From NCBI GenBank assembly GCA_963792415.1, contig CAWBVY010000006.1, positions 160,001 to 224,000 on the forward strand: DNA of 64,000 nt, in the 5' to 3' direction. Position 1 is the first letter of the stretch. Every line of letters starts with the position of its first letter. The notes beneath the pieces were generated by a model. The model did not search any database. It was given only the letters and a program-made list of their open reading frames with translations, and was not told where the DNA came from. Below, one piece after another: positions 26,201-36,300 of this stretch. Source of the DNA: Candidatus Deferrimicrobiaceae bacterium. GTDB lineage: Bacteria; Desulfobacterota; Deferrimicrobia; Deferrimicrobiales; Deferrimicrobiaceae. The position numbers and the translations under genes are program-made.

Positions 26201-27303
26201 TTCTTCTGGCAGACGGGCCAGCGGGGCTGCCCTCCCGTCCCGAAGTTCGTCGGGTCGCTGTTTGGGCCGATCGTAAAATTGTTGGGCGGGCCGTAATTCG
26301 GTCCTGGTCCCCCAAGTATCGAGCTCTGCTGGGCGAAATATCCAGTGGCGGACCAGAGCGCCTCGGCCAGCGGGGTGTTGGTGTTGGGGCGGGACAGGTT
26401 GATCTGGTTGATCGTGTCGGTCAGGCTGCTTTTCCCGCCGACGTCCTTCCCCACGTCGGTGATGACATTTCCCCCGTCCCCGGTGCTGTAGAACATCAGG
26501 CCGACCCGCGCGCGGGCTCCCACCGTCTGCTGGAGGACCCCCTCCACGGGCAGGGGGACCGTGACGTTCACCGCGATGCTCTGGTTCACGACCTGGCTGG
26601 TGATCTTGTCGCTGTTACTGTAGTCGTTGTTATTCGTGTCGGTGTTCTGCGTCGCGTACGCGTCGAATTTCGAACTCCCCGAGTTCCCCGTATTGAAGAC
26701 GAAAAGGACGTCTTTGTTCCCGCTGGTGGTGAACGGGGTGTTCGCGAGCGCTTCCGCCTTGGTGACGCGCCGGAAGACCCCGACGTTGTCCGCGTCGGCG
26801 ATTTCGCCGTCGATCTTGGTCCCGCTGGGTCGGCCTCCCGTCAGGACCTTCCGCATGACGTCGATCCGGCGCATCGTCAGCCAGTTCAGGAAATCGCCGG
26901 ACCATTCACTGGGCGTTTTTGCACGGGTTGTGGAACCCGAAGCTGTAAAGACCCCGCTCGCGTAGGTGTACCACTGGTTCGGGTCGAAGTAGCCGTAATA
27001 CCGGTGCGAGGCGGGGCGCCCCGACCAGTTGTATCCCATGCAGGGGGCACCCTGGTTGCCGCACTGGTTGTCGTCCAGCGCGTTGTCCGGGGTCTGGTAC
27101 CCGTCGTAATAGGCGAAATAGAGCATGCTGCGGGAGATATCGAGCAGGATCAGGACGTTCGGGGGGATGTTCTGAATCACGTACGGTGGGACCTGGCAAT
27201 AGTCGGTCATCCCGGCCAGCGCTGACCCTCCGTGAGCGGTGAGGAACAGGACAGCAACCAGGAAAAGGATGCGTAACCACCTGCAGGCTCGTTTGCCGCG
27301 CAT
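23248..27303 (-). CDS. pilY1: PilY1/PilC tip adhesin with vWA domain and beta-propeller
   Basis: Signal peptide; DISRS MIDAS-like motif, NTPLAEAL, LLTDGEP; LGDVVNSTP, GGNDGMLHAF, EAWAFIP, LLWEF propeller motifs. Confidence 0.9.
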   Translation of the reverse strand: MRGKRACRWLRILFLVAVLFLTAHGGSALAGMTDYCQVPPYVIQNIPPNVLILLDISRSMLYFAYYDGYQTPDNALDDNQCGNQGAPCMGYNWSGRPASHRYYGYFDPNQWYTYASGVFTASGSTTRAKTPSEWSGDFLNWLTMRRIDVMRKVLTGGRPSGTKIDGEIADADNVGVFRRVTKAEALANTPFTTSGNKDVLFVFNTGNSGSSKFDAYATQNTDTNNNDYSNSDKITSQVVNQSIAVNVTVPLPVEGVLQQTVGARARVGLMFYSTGDGGNVITDVGKDVGGKSSLTDTINQINLSRPNTNTPLAEALWSATGYFAQQSSILGGPGPNYGPPNNFTIGPNSDPTNFGTGGQPRWPVCQKNFVLLLTDGEPCGDGNIPANLLNYTSGKSIFNCTGANCPALDNGTLYSFPASSLGAAYCISGATSGAEDAALFMHTTDLRNNPTIGANDISGFQNLTLYTVFAFGRNSTLLKYTAINGGFENSGSTDRPSTGSPSNWDKNGDGTPDTYYQATEGAELEQAVKDAFSGILKRASSGTAASVLASGEGSGANLIQAVFYPRRAVGNDIIWWTGSLQNMWYYVDPFFSNATIREDTTQDDVLNLGNDDIVQFYFDPVSQLTQVRRWHSDANGNATTQDTTLSFENINSLWEAGKKLWQRNLSSNARTIKTTLSGSSPYTFTDFSTANAGSLGTYLLPDPGDDVNTIINYVHGIDNTDDLTLRSRTVTYGADNNVWKLGDVVNSTPRIVASVPLNKYDSVYGDTTYKSFIDTTAYKNRGMVFTGGNDGMLHAFRLGKLELSWSGKALVQKARITNPYFGTTLGDEAWAFIPKNALPYLKYLKDPDYCHLYYADLAPYVFDASIGSGSTDQSQQTRTQASWRTVLIGGMRTGGACGDVSSVPACTTANNCVQTPGGGAIGYSSYFALDVTDPANPSLLWEFTNPGLGFTTTGPAVFRVHAVNGTTGARDRTLNGEWYVMFGSGPTGPIDTASNQFLGRSNQNLKFFVLNLKTGALAQTIDTGIANAFAGSMINAVADFNLDYQDDVAYVGYVKILGSGSSATWTDGGVGRILTANATPTNAGGGSWKWSPVIAGIGPVTSSVARLQNNNYGTNWLFFGTGRYYFENPPEGTNTTPTIDDATGQRRLFGLKDPCFISNFISPTCTSSVTFSTSDSTFPNVTSIASVPTESTANSAGFKGWYIDLDGSSTIGTTSTYFTYDNVTRPYRAERVITDPLATTSGVVFFTTYKPYGDECALGGKSFLWALRYNTGNTPSGAVMKGKALVQVSTASVEQLDLATAFQKAAGEGAGGLHKDGRRTGAIEGVPPTSQGLSLLSQPPPVKRIMHMMER

Positions 27304-27326
27304 GATCCCTCTCTCCTCCATTGCGT

Positions 27327-27638
27327 CTATTGCGCCGACCGGTTTAAGACCAGGACCGAGTGGATCTTCCGGTTGTAGATGAGGATCTGCACCAGTTTGC
27401 CCCGAAGGTGCGGCTTTTCCACCTGCGTCACGCCTTTCGAGAAACGCACTGGGACCCCCTTCGTGTCGAATGTCTTCCCATCGACGGTGAGGAGGTCCCC
27501 GTCGACCCACTCAACGACACCGGCCACCATCAGGCCGCCGCGAACCGTCGTGGTCTCCGCGAATCCGGGGCGTGTCCACCCACCGGCAAGGATGATCATC
27601 AAGGCGGCAACGACCGCTGCCTTTTCCCGATTCCCCAT
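27327..27638 (-). CDS. small secreted hypothetical protein (OB-like), first gene of the pil operon
   Basis: Signal-peptide-like N-terminus, GGAG RBS, beta-rich body. Confidence 0.55.
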   Translation of the reverse strand: MGNREKAAVVAALMIILAGGWTRPGFAETTTVRGGLMVAGVVEWVDGDLLTVDGKTFDTKGVPVRFSKGVTQVEKPHLRGKLVQILIYNRKIHSVLVLNRSAQ

Positions 27639-27718
27639 CTCCGCCCCTCCCTTGTCCCTGATCCTGCAGATCCTATTGCGTTCCCTGGGCGAACGCTTCC
27701 ATCCTGGGAACCAAAGAC

Positions 27719-27734
27719 AGCAAAGATCATGCCC
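27719..27734 (-). promoter_or_regulatory. sigma54 (-24/-12) promoter of the minor-pilin operon
   Basis: GGGCATGATCTTTGCT = GG-N10-GC, close to TGGCACG-N4-TTGCT; AT-rich tract upstream. Confidence 0.65.
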
Positions 27735-27908
27735 GCCCATCCTTACTATCGGACCCCGAAGGGAAAAACTTCACGAAATTAGATAATTCTTTTTTGAATC
27801 CGGCCGTTGACCAAGAAAAACTCCCCGATGGCTCCACTTTCCCGCTGACGGGAGAAACGGAAGACGTCCGCCGCAGGGAACAATATTTTTATGGGACATT
27901 AAATTATT

Positions 27909-28688
27909 TCATCCGTCCCCGGGAGGAGAAACCTCCGGCCGCCTCCCGAGGAGAGCGACCATCTTGCCGAGAATTGCAGATGCCCCCCCCAGTAGATGGA
28001 TGTCGGTCACATTTCCGCTGAGCGAGGTCTCTTCCGGGTTGATCTCGATCACCGCGGCGCCGGACTCCTTCGCGATCCGCGGGATGTCGCAGGCGGGGGA
28101 AACCTGCGCGGAGGTTCCGATCACGAGGAGGACACCGCAGGTGCGAACCTCCTCCTCCGCCTGTTCCTGGGCAAGCCACGGGATCGGCTCCCCGAACAGG
28201 ACCACGTTGGGCTTGAGGATCTCGCCGCAGTCGCACAGGGGGACGGAGCCCGGCGTCCAGCGGTCCCGGGTCGGGTACCGCTTCCAGCAGTACACGCAGA
28301 GCAGCTCTTCCATGTTCCCGTGGTACTCGATCACCCGGCGGGACCCCCCCGCCTGGTGCAGGCCGTCCACGTTCTGGGTGATGACGGCGCGCACGATCCC
28401 CGCCTCCTCGAGGATGGCCAGGCCCTTGTGCGCCGCGTTGGGAGAAGCAAAGCCGCAAACGGAGACCATCTCCGAAAGCATCTCCCACACCTTACGGGGG
28501 GATTGCATGAAGGCGTGGAGGGTGGCGTACTCCATCGGGTCGTACTTCGCCCACATCCCCTGGGATCCGCGGAACGACGGGATGCCGCTCTCCACCGAGA
28601 TCCCCGCCCCCGTCAGGGCGACGGCGTTTCGACGCTCCGCCAGGATGCGGGCGGCCTCCCGGATCGGGTCGCTCCCGCCCGCGCGCAC
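27909..28688 (-). CDS. cobB: NAD-dependent deacylase (sirtuin)
   Basis: TGAGISVESGIPSFRG, ITQNVDGLH, HG, CxxC..CxC, KPNVVLFGE. Confidence 0.93.
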   Translation of the reverse strand: MRAGGSDPIREAARILAERRNAVALTGAGISVESGIPSFRGSQGMWAKYDPMEYATLHAFMQSPRKVWEMLSEMVSVCGFASPNAAHKGLAILEEAGIVRAVITQNVDGLHQAGGSRRVIEYHGNMEELLCVYCWKRYPTRDRWTPGSVPLCDCGEILKPNVVLFGEPIPWLAQEQAEEEVRTCGVLLVIGTSAQVSPACDIPRIAKESGAAVIEINPEETSLSGNVTDIHLLGGASAILGKMVALLGRRPEVSPPGDG

Positions 28689-28699
28689 GGGAACCCCGG

Positions 28700-29029
28700 C
28701 TACCCGATGAACGACCCGAGCTTGAGCGCCAGCCCCATGTCTCCCGCGACCTTCAGCTTCCCGGTGAGGAACGCCATCTGCCCGTTCAGCTTTCCGGAGA
28801 CGAGGTCGAGGAAATCGGCCTCCGCCATCGTGATGGTGCAGTGCGGGGAGGGTGCCTCCCCCTCCGCGACGGCGACCTTCCCGTCAGCCAGTTTCACGTT
28901 CCAGGGGGCGTCGGCGATCCGGAACTGGTAGACGCAGTTCATCCCGGCGACCTTCTCCGGTTTCGCGTTCAACTTTTCCGGCAACCCCTCGAAGAATCCC
29001 TTCACCGTGGTCTCCGCCATCTGCGTCAC
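28700..29029 (-). CDS. SCP2 sterol/lipid-binding domain protein
   Basis: GKLNGQMAFLTGKLKVAGDMGLA. Confidence 0.9.
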   Translation of the reverse strand: MTQMAETTVKGFFEGLPEKLNAKPEKVAGMNCVYQFRIADAPWNVKLADGKVAVAEGEAPSPHCTITMAEADFLDLVSGKLNGQMAFLTGKLKVAGDMGLALKLGSFIG

Positions 29030-29124
29030 CCCCTCGATTCCGGATGGAATGAACCGCCGTTCATCACGCTTCGAACGTACACCGACCCCGCCGGGCTTGT
29101 CAACGCGGATGCTATACTCCCCGC

Positions 29125-29724
29125 ATGCGCGTATTCGGGTTGACGGGGAATATCGGCTCGGGGAAAAGCACGGTGGCCGCGATGCTGCGCGAGTCGGGGA
29201 TCCCGGTCCTCGACGCCGACCGGATCTCGCGGGAAGTGACGGCCCCGGGAGGACGGGCGTACGACGCCGTCGTTCGGGCGTTTGGCCGGGAGATCTTGGG
29301 GGACGACGGGGCGATCGACCGGAAGCGGCTGGGGGAGATCGTCTTCGCCGATCCCGCGTCGCGCGAGCGACTGGAACGGATCACCCACCCCGCGATCCTC
29401 GAGGCAATGAAGGAAGCGATCGCCGGAATCGAACGCGAGGGGCATCCTGCCGTCGTCGTGGAGGCGACCCTCATCCACGAATCGGGAAGAAAGGGATTGT
29501 CCGAAGCGGTGATCTCGGTCACGTGCGACCGGGAAACCGCGATCTCCCGCCTCGTCGCCCGAGACGGGATGACGCGCGGCCAGGCCGAGGCGAGGCTCCG
29601 TGCGCAGATGTCCGCCGACCGAAAAGCCGGGGCTTCCGATTACGTGATCGACAACTCGGCAAGCCAGGAAGAAACGAGCCGCCAGGTCAAAAAGATCGCG
29701 CGTATCCTTCTAGGGAACGAATGA
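29125..29724 (+). CDS. coaE: dephospho-CoA kinase
   Basis: GLTGNIGSGKS, DAD, IDRKRLGEIVF, LERITHP. Confidence 0.96.
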   Translation: MRVFGLTGNIGSGKSTVAAMLRESGIPVLDADRISREVTAPGGRAYDAVVRAFGREILGDDGAIDRKRLGEIVFADPASRERLERITHPAILEAMKEAIAGIEREGHPAVVVEATLIHESGRKGLSEAVISVTCDRETAISRLVARDGMTRGQAEARLRAQMSADRKAGASDYVIDNSASQEETSRQVKKIARILLGNE

Positions 29725-29730
29725 AACCAC

Positions 29731-29762
29731 CGTCCCCGCCCCGCGATCGCGGGACGGGGACG
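29731..29762. terminator. hairpin between convergent coaE and csp
   Basis: cgtccccg...cggggacg inverted repeat. Confidence 0.55.
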
Positions 29763-29770
29763 GGTATCGT

Positions 29771-29971
29771 TCAGGCCTTGCGGACGTTCGCCGCCTTTTT
29801 CCCCTTCGGCCCGGAGGTGACCTCGAACTCCACCCGCTGCCCCTCGGCGAGGGTCCGGAACCCCTCTCCCTTGATCTCGCTGAAGTGGACGAAGATGTCC
29901 TCCCCGCCCTCTTCCGTGATGAACCCGAACCCCTTCGCGTCGTTGAACCATTTTACCGTGCCGAATGCCAT
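29771..29971 (-). CDS. csp: cold-shock protein
   Basis: [22 protein letters not shown]; long (~200 nt) upstream leader. Confidence 0.97.
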   Translation of the reverse strand: MAFGTVKWFNDAKGFGFITEEGGEDIFVHFSEIKGEGFRTLAEGQRVEFEVTSGPKGKKAANVRKA

Positions 29972-30391
29972 GCCTACGACTCCTCTGCTGGCCCCGCGGG
30001 GCCGTCCGTGGATCTTCGGGCGTTACGCCGCCCCCTGCGTTCGGCCGGCCTGGGGCTTCCCCCGCTCCGCAGCCGGAAGAGCGCCGACGTGCGTGCGCTT
30101 CCGCTGTGCCGGATACCGAATCCGTTGGTGAAGAAATTCGCGTGGGCCGATCTTGCGGACGACCACAGCGCACGTCTCACCGTTTCGGACCTCATCGTAT
30201 ACGTGAAACGCGATCGGGGTCAATACGCGAAACGGTGCTCGAAAATATCCATCCCGTCCGGGCGTTTCCCGAAAATCGCAAAATAGTGTTTGATCGTTGA
30301 AATCCTGGAGGGAAAAAGCGCATCGAATCAGGCGAACCGTCGTCCCGCGAAAGGATTCCCGCTTACCACCAACGATCCGGAGGATTCCGAC

Positions 30392-33300
30392 ATGTCCGCT
30401 CCGCTCGCCCCGCTCGAAGATTCCTGGCCCCTCGGCCTCGCTCCCTCGCTGGGGGATCCCCTGCCGCTGCGGATGCTGGCGCTCACGATCCACCGCGACC
30501 AGTACGGCCCCCCCTCCCGATCCGTTCAGATGGAGGACGTCCCCGCCCCGCGCCTGAAGCCGAACGAGGCGAAGCGGGTCCTCGTGGCGATCCTGGCGAC
30601 CGGGCCCAATTTCAACACGAACTTCGCCGCGCTGGGACTCCCGGTCCCGGTGTTCGGGAAAGGCGACACCGCGTCCGTGCACATCCCGGGGAGCGACGCC
30701 CTCGGGATCGTGGTCGACGCGGGTCCCGGGGTCTCGACGGTCAAGGTCGGCCAGGCGGTGATCCTCGACTCCTGGACCGGCCGGAACATCCGTGGGTACG
30801 AGACGCACGACGGATTCAACGCCCAGTTCGCCGTCGTGGACGAGGACCGCGCGGTGCCGGTGACGGGAGCCCTGCGGAACCACACCCCGGAGAGGCTTGC
30901 CGCCATGCTCCTGACGTACGGGACCGCGTACCGCGCCATAACCGAACGCCTCTCGGTGCGACCGGGGGACGCGGTCCTCGTGATGGGAGGCGGAAAGGGG
31001 ACGAGTTTCCCCGGCGCGCAGATGGCGAAATCCCTCGGCGCGCGGGTCCTACTCGTCGGCTCCAACCCGGAACTGGCGCGGGACCTGGTCGCGAGAGGGA
31101 TGGCCGACGCCTTCGTGGACCGCCGTTCGATCCCGAAGGAGGTTTTCGGCGTGATCCCCGCGGGAACTCCGTACGCGGAGTGGGAGCGCCGGACCGAGCC
31201 GTTCCGGAAGGCCGTCTTCGAGGCGAACGGCGGGAAGCCGGTGGACAAGATCTTCGAGCATACCGGCGGGGAAAATTTCCCGCTCCTGATCTCCGCCCTC
31301 TCCCCCGGCGGGACGCTCGCCTTCTTCGGGGCCACCGGGAAGGGGCTGAAGGGGGAATACAAGGAGACGTTCTTCCACGACGGGCGCCGGTTCGTCATGG
31401 ACGCCCGCTGGGTGTGGATGCGGCAGAAGCAGGTCCTCTTCCGGCGGGCGAAGCCGGCCGCGATCTTCGACGAACTCGCGCTCCCCCCCGGGCGGCGGGT
31501 GCTCGTCTGGGGAGCGGACCGTACCGCGAGGGAATTCGTCGCCGCGGCGCGGGCGCGGGCCGCGGAGGTCGTCGTGATCGCCTCCGCGAGGCGCGAGAAA
31601 CGAGGGATCGCCGAACTCTCCCGGATGGGGGTGCCGCCGACCCACATCCTCGACCGCGACGGCTTCTCCCTCCCCGGAGAGATGCCGGACCCGCTGACTT
31701 CCGAAGGCCGCCTCAACCCCGAATACGCATCCGGCTTCACCCGTCCGGCGCAGGCGTTGGGAAAGGCGCTCTGGAAGGTGTTCGGCCCGCGCGTCTCCCC
31801 CGACGTCGTCGTGGACCGCGTCGACCAGGACACGCTCCACTTCAGCACGTTCGTCGCGCGGGATTTCGACGAGAAGGACATCTTTCCGTGCGGGACGGTC
31901 GTCCTTCGGGGGAAGAGCGACCTCTCCATCCGGGGCTCCCACATGTACGGGGCTTCCCAGGCCGCCGAGGTGGTGCGCCTCCTCTCCTCCGGGAAGATCG
32001 CGATGGACCGGGAAGACCTCGAGATCACCGACCTCCCGGGCCTTCCCGCCCTGCAGCAGATGATGCTGGACGGGACGATGCGGAAGCCGAAAGGGGTCGC
32101 GCTCGTACAGGCGGACCGGCAGGGAAGGACGGTCGCCGACTACGAGGAGGCGTTCCGGGGAGAGTCCGTCCAGGCGGCCGACCCGGCGGACCGGAAATTC
32201 GTCGACGTGCGGATGGCGGGCGACATCGCGGTGGTCACGCTCACCCGTCCGGATGCGCTCAACGCATTGAGCGAGGAGCTCCTTGCGCAGTTCGCCGCCG
32301 TCGTCCGCGAAGCGGGGACCCTCGGCACGATCGGCGGCCGGACCGTCAAGGCGATCGTCCTCACCGGTGCCGGCCGCGCGTTCGTCGCCGGCGCGGACGT
32401 CAAGGAGTTCCACGGGAAAACCGCCGACGTCGTCGACGCCTTGGCGTGGAAGAACATCTCCGTCTTCACGGAACTCGAAAACCTGCCCCTCCCCGTCGTG
32501 GCCCTGGTCGACGGGTTCGCGCTCGGTGGCGGCAACGAGCTCGCGATGAGCGCGCATTACCGGATCGTGACCGAGAACGCCCTCCTCGGGCAGCCGGAGG
32601 TGAAACTCGGGATCATCCCGGGGTACGGCGGAATGCAGCGCCTCCCCCGCCTGATCGGTCCGCGCAAAGCGGCGGAGATCTGCGTCAACGGGGAACCGGT
32701 GGACGGCGGCACCGCCGTGGCGCTCGGGTGGGCCGACGAATTCGTCCCCTCCTCCGCGGCACTGAAGCGCGCGGTCGCCGCGGCGCGCGAATTCGCCGCC
32801 GGCGGGCGCCCCGTGCCTCGCCGCGACTGGAACGCCCTGGCCGCCGGCGGGAAGGAAGAGCTGTCGCTCCTCCTCGCCCGCCCGGAAGTCCGTGCCATCC
32901 TCGACGCGCCGACACCGGAAAAGGAGTCCGCGGGAAATCTGCGCGCGGCGCGCCTCGCGGCCGCGAGGGACGCACTGCTGGCGATGCGGCACGGTTTCGA
33001 GCATGGGTTCGATGAGGGGTTGCGCAACGACGCCCGGAAGTTCGGCGCCGTCGCCGCCTCGCCCGGCGGCCAGGAATGGGTGGGCCGCTTCCTCGCGAAG
33101 GACGCCGCCCAATCGTCGTTCCTGACGCTCCTCCCCCCGGGCGAGCCGGTCGGAGAGAGGCGGCCCCCGATCACGAAGAAGGCCCCGGGCGACCGCCCCA
33201 TCTCCTTCGTCGAGATCCGGGAGATCGCGGCGATCCTCAAGGAAAAGATCTCCTCCGGCGGCGTGACCTCCCTGCCGAAAAAGATCCTTGGCGACCTGGT

Positions 33301-36300
33301 TTCGCTCCTCAAGGACCGCCCGGCTCCCGCGATCCTGGCGGAGATCGACCCGGAACGATCCGGAGCCGTCGGCCCCCGGATCGCCTCGCTCCTCCAGAGG
33401 GGGAAGATCTCCGTGCGGGTGGTCGACCTCGGAGCGGACGAAGGGTTCCGCCGTGAAAACGCCCGGCCGACGTGCGAAGTCCTGCTCGTGGAGAAGAACG
33501 GGGAGGTCCTCTGGGAGGGGAAGAAGCGGTTCCGTAGCGAACCGGGGGCGTTCCCGCGCGTATTTCTCCCGAAGGCCTTCCTCGAGCGGAACGTCGCCCG
33601 CCCCAACGTCGTGTACCAGGCGATCGTCCACCCGATCCTCGAATACGTGTTCGGCTACCCGCACATGATCGCGGTCCTCTGCGAGTCGGGGTACAACGCG
33701 ACCCCCCGTGAAGGGGCCGGAAGCCTGAGCGACCTGAACCGGTACATCGCCGAAGGGGCCGGGAAGGACCGCGACTTCCCCTACTTCGACCGGATCCTCG
33801 TGGACGTCTACGAGCCGGAAGATTTCAGGAAGGAGGACCTGGCCAACTTTTTCAACGGCGACGAGGCGAAGGTCGGGGCCGTCCTTGCGCGGGCGCGGGA
33901 GATGGGGATCCGGTACCGTGAACGGGTCGCGGAGATCCGGGAGAGGGTGCGGGGAGAGATCGCAGCGGAACAGGTCGTCGCGGGGCGCGCGGCCCTCGAC
34001 GAGGGAGACGCCGAGCGGGCGCTTCACCTCCTCCGCAACCTGGTCCTCTCATCGGAAACGCCGTCGCCGCACCGGGAAGCGGCGGCGGACGCGATCGCCG
34101 TGGCCATCCGTTCCTACGCCCTCGGAGCCGATCCCGCGTTCGAGGGAGTGACCGTCGCCGACGGCGGGGTGGCCGTGGAAAGTTGGGCGGGCCCGCGGGC
34201 TCGCGATCTTTCCCGGCTGCTCTCCCTCGCCCTGTCCCTCGCACGAACCCCCGCCGGGAATGGTCCAAGGATCGGGGAATCGGTCGCGGACGGACCCGTC
34301 CCCCGCGTCGTCCACGTCGTCGGGGAACTCGAGCGACCCTCCGGGAAGTTCATCGACGGGAACGACGGCCTGCACTGGGTGTTCGAGAAGGGGTTCGTTC
34401 TCCGCCTTCTGTCCGGGATGGCCGAGGGAACCCTGGACGACGGGATTCCCGCGCTCCTCGCGTGCCGCCTCCTGAGGGACGCCTCCTTCCCGGACGAGAG
34501 ACTCTCGATCGAGCGGCAGTTCTCCGCCGCCGTCAAGGGGACCCTCGAGGCGTACCGCTTCTACCAGTCGCTCCCGGACGGGACGCGGAAGCAGATGGCG
34601 GAAACGTACGCGCGGCATCCCCCGGCCGACCCGCTTTTCCGTCTTTTCGCCTCGCTGGAGACGGAGGGGAATCCCGCACGCGCCAGCCACATGATCCGCA
34701 GCATGACGGCCCGAACCCACTCCTATCGGCACGTCCGGTACCCGGACACCGCCCTCGCGGGAAAGGTGGTCGTGATCACCGGGGGCGGCACGGGGATGGG
34801 ACGCAGCCTCGCCCTCGAGGCGGCGCGGCGCGGTGGAAACGTCGTCATCACCGGCCGGCGGCACGAACCGCTCCTGGAAACGAAGGCCGACATGGACGAC
34901 CTCATCCGCCACCTCGGTCTCACGAACCAGACCCTCTTCGTGCAGGGCGATGTGTCCGATCCGAAATACGTCGGGGACATGTTCGAGCGGATCGAGGTGG
35001 AGTTCGGCCGCATCGACGTTCTGTACAACAACGCCGGCGTCTCGGGCCCGGTGGTGTTCGGCTCCGCGTACGAGGAGGGCCATTTCGACGAGTACCGGGA
35101 GGCGGTCAACGTCCACCTCACCGGTTCCTGGATGGCGTCGCTCGAGGCGGCAAGGATCATGGAGGGGCAGCCGGGCGGCGGGACGATCGTCATGGTGGGA
35201 ACCTTCTACAGCGAGAGCATCCACCACCACGTCCTGCACGCCTACCCCGGTCGCCTCCCGTACACCTCCGCGCAGTCCGCCAAACTCGCCCTCGGGGATT
35301 ACCTCGCGTGGGCGCTCGCGGGAAAAACGATCACCGTGCTCTCCCTGAACCCGTCGGCGGTCTCCACGGAGCGGATCCAGCGGGGAAGCGGCGTCTTCGA
35401 CAAGGGATCGAAGGCGCGCGCCCGCATCGGTCGCAACGTCCCCCCGGAGGCGCTGGAGCGGGACACCCTCGAACGGACGGTGGGGCACGCCTTCGTCGAT
35501 CCCCGGGACTTCGCCGCCCTCGCGCTCGAGGTCGTCGAAGGGCCGTTCCGGAGGACGATCGGCGGGGTCCGTCTCCCGATGGGCGGCGTCACCTACGAGC
35601 AGCCGCCCGGCGTCTTCCCCTCCCCCGCCGCGCTCTCGCGGTATCCCGACCTGGTCGGCAAGGTCGCGCTGGTCATCGTCGCGGAAGCGCTGTCGGGCGA
35701 CGTTCCCCTGATCGAGTCGTCCGCGGCCGCGCTTGCGAGGTCCGGCGCCGACGTGATCCTCTCCGGCGGCCGGCCCGAAATCCTCGAGCCGGTCGCCCTG
35801 AAGATCAACGCGCGTGGCGGGGAAGGAACCGCCACGGTCTCCCCCGTCAACCTCTCCCACCCCGCCCAGGTGCAGGAACTGTTCGACAGCCTGCCGCGTA
35901 TCGACGCCCTCCTGTATTTCACCGGGAGCGTGGACTGGAAACGACCGCTGACGAACCTGCCGCACGACGAATGGACCGCGCGCGTCGACCGTTTCGGCTT
36001 GATCCCCCGGTTCCTCTGCTGGCAGGCGGAGCGGCGGATGGACCGGGACGGGACGGACGGGACCATCGTCCTGGTGGGACCGGATCTCTCCGGTGTCCCG
36101 ACGATCCGGGAGCGGAACCTCGTGCAGGTCTTCCAGGCGATGCTGCGCCCGGCGGTGGCGACCGAAGCCATGGAACGCGCGCTGATGCGAAAGGCGAACA
36201 CCGAAGGGACCGCGCCCGGCCCCGTGGCGAACGTGAATATCGGGCTCGTTCTTCCGGGTCGCACCGACGGGAGGAACCGGCAGGCCCGCCCCGAAGCGAC

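Noticed and set aside
27794-28021. 75-aa plus-strand ORF upstream of the pil operon
   Set aside because: Overlaps the cobB 3' end and the promoter region; TTG start and no motif.
30290-30391. TTG-initiated N-terminal extension of the megaenzyme
   Set aside because: ATG 30392 has a GGAGG RBS; the upstream part looks like promoter or leader sequence.
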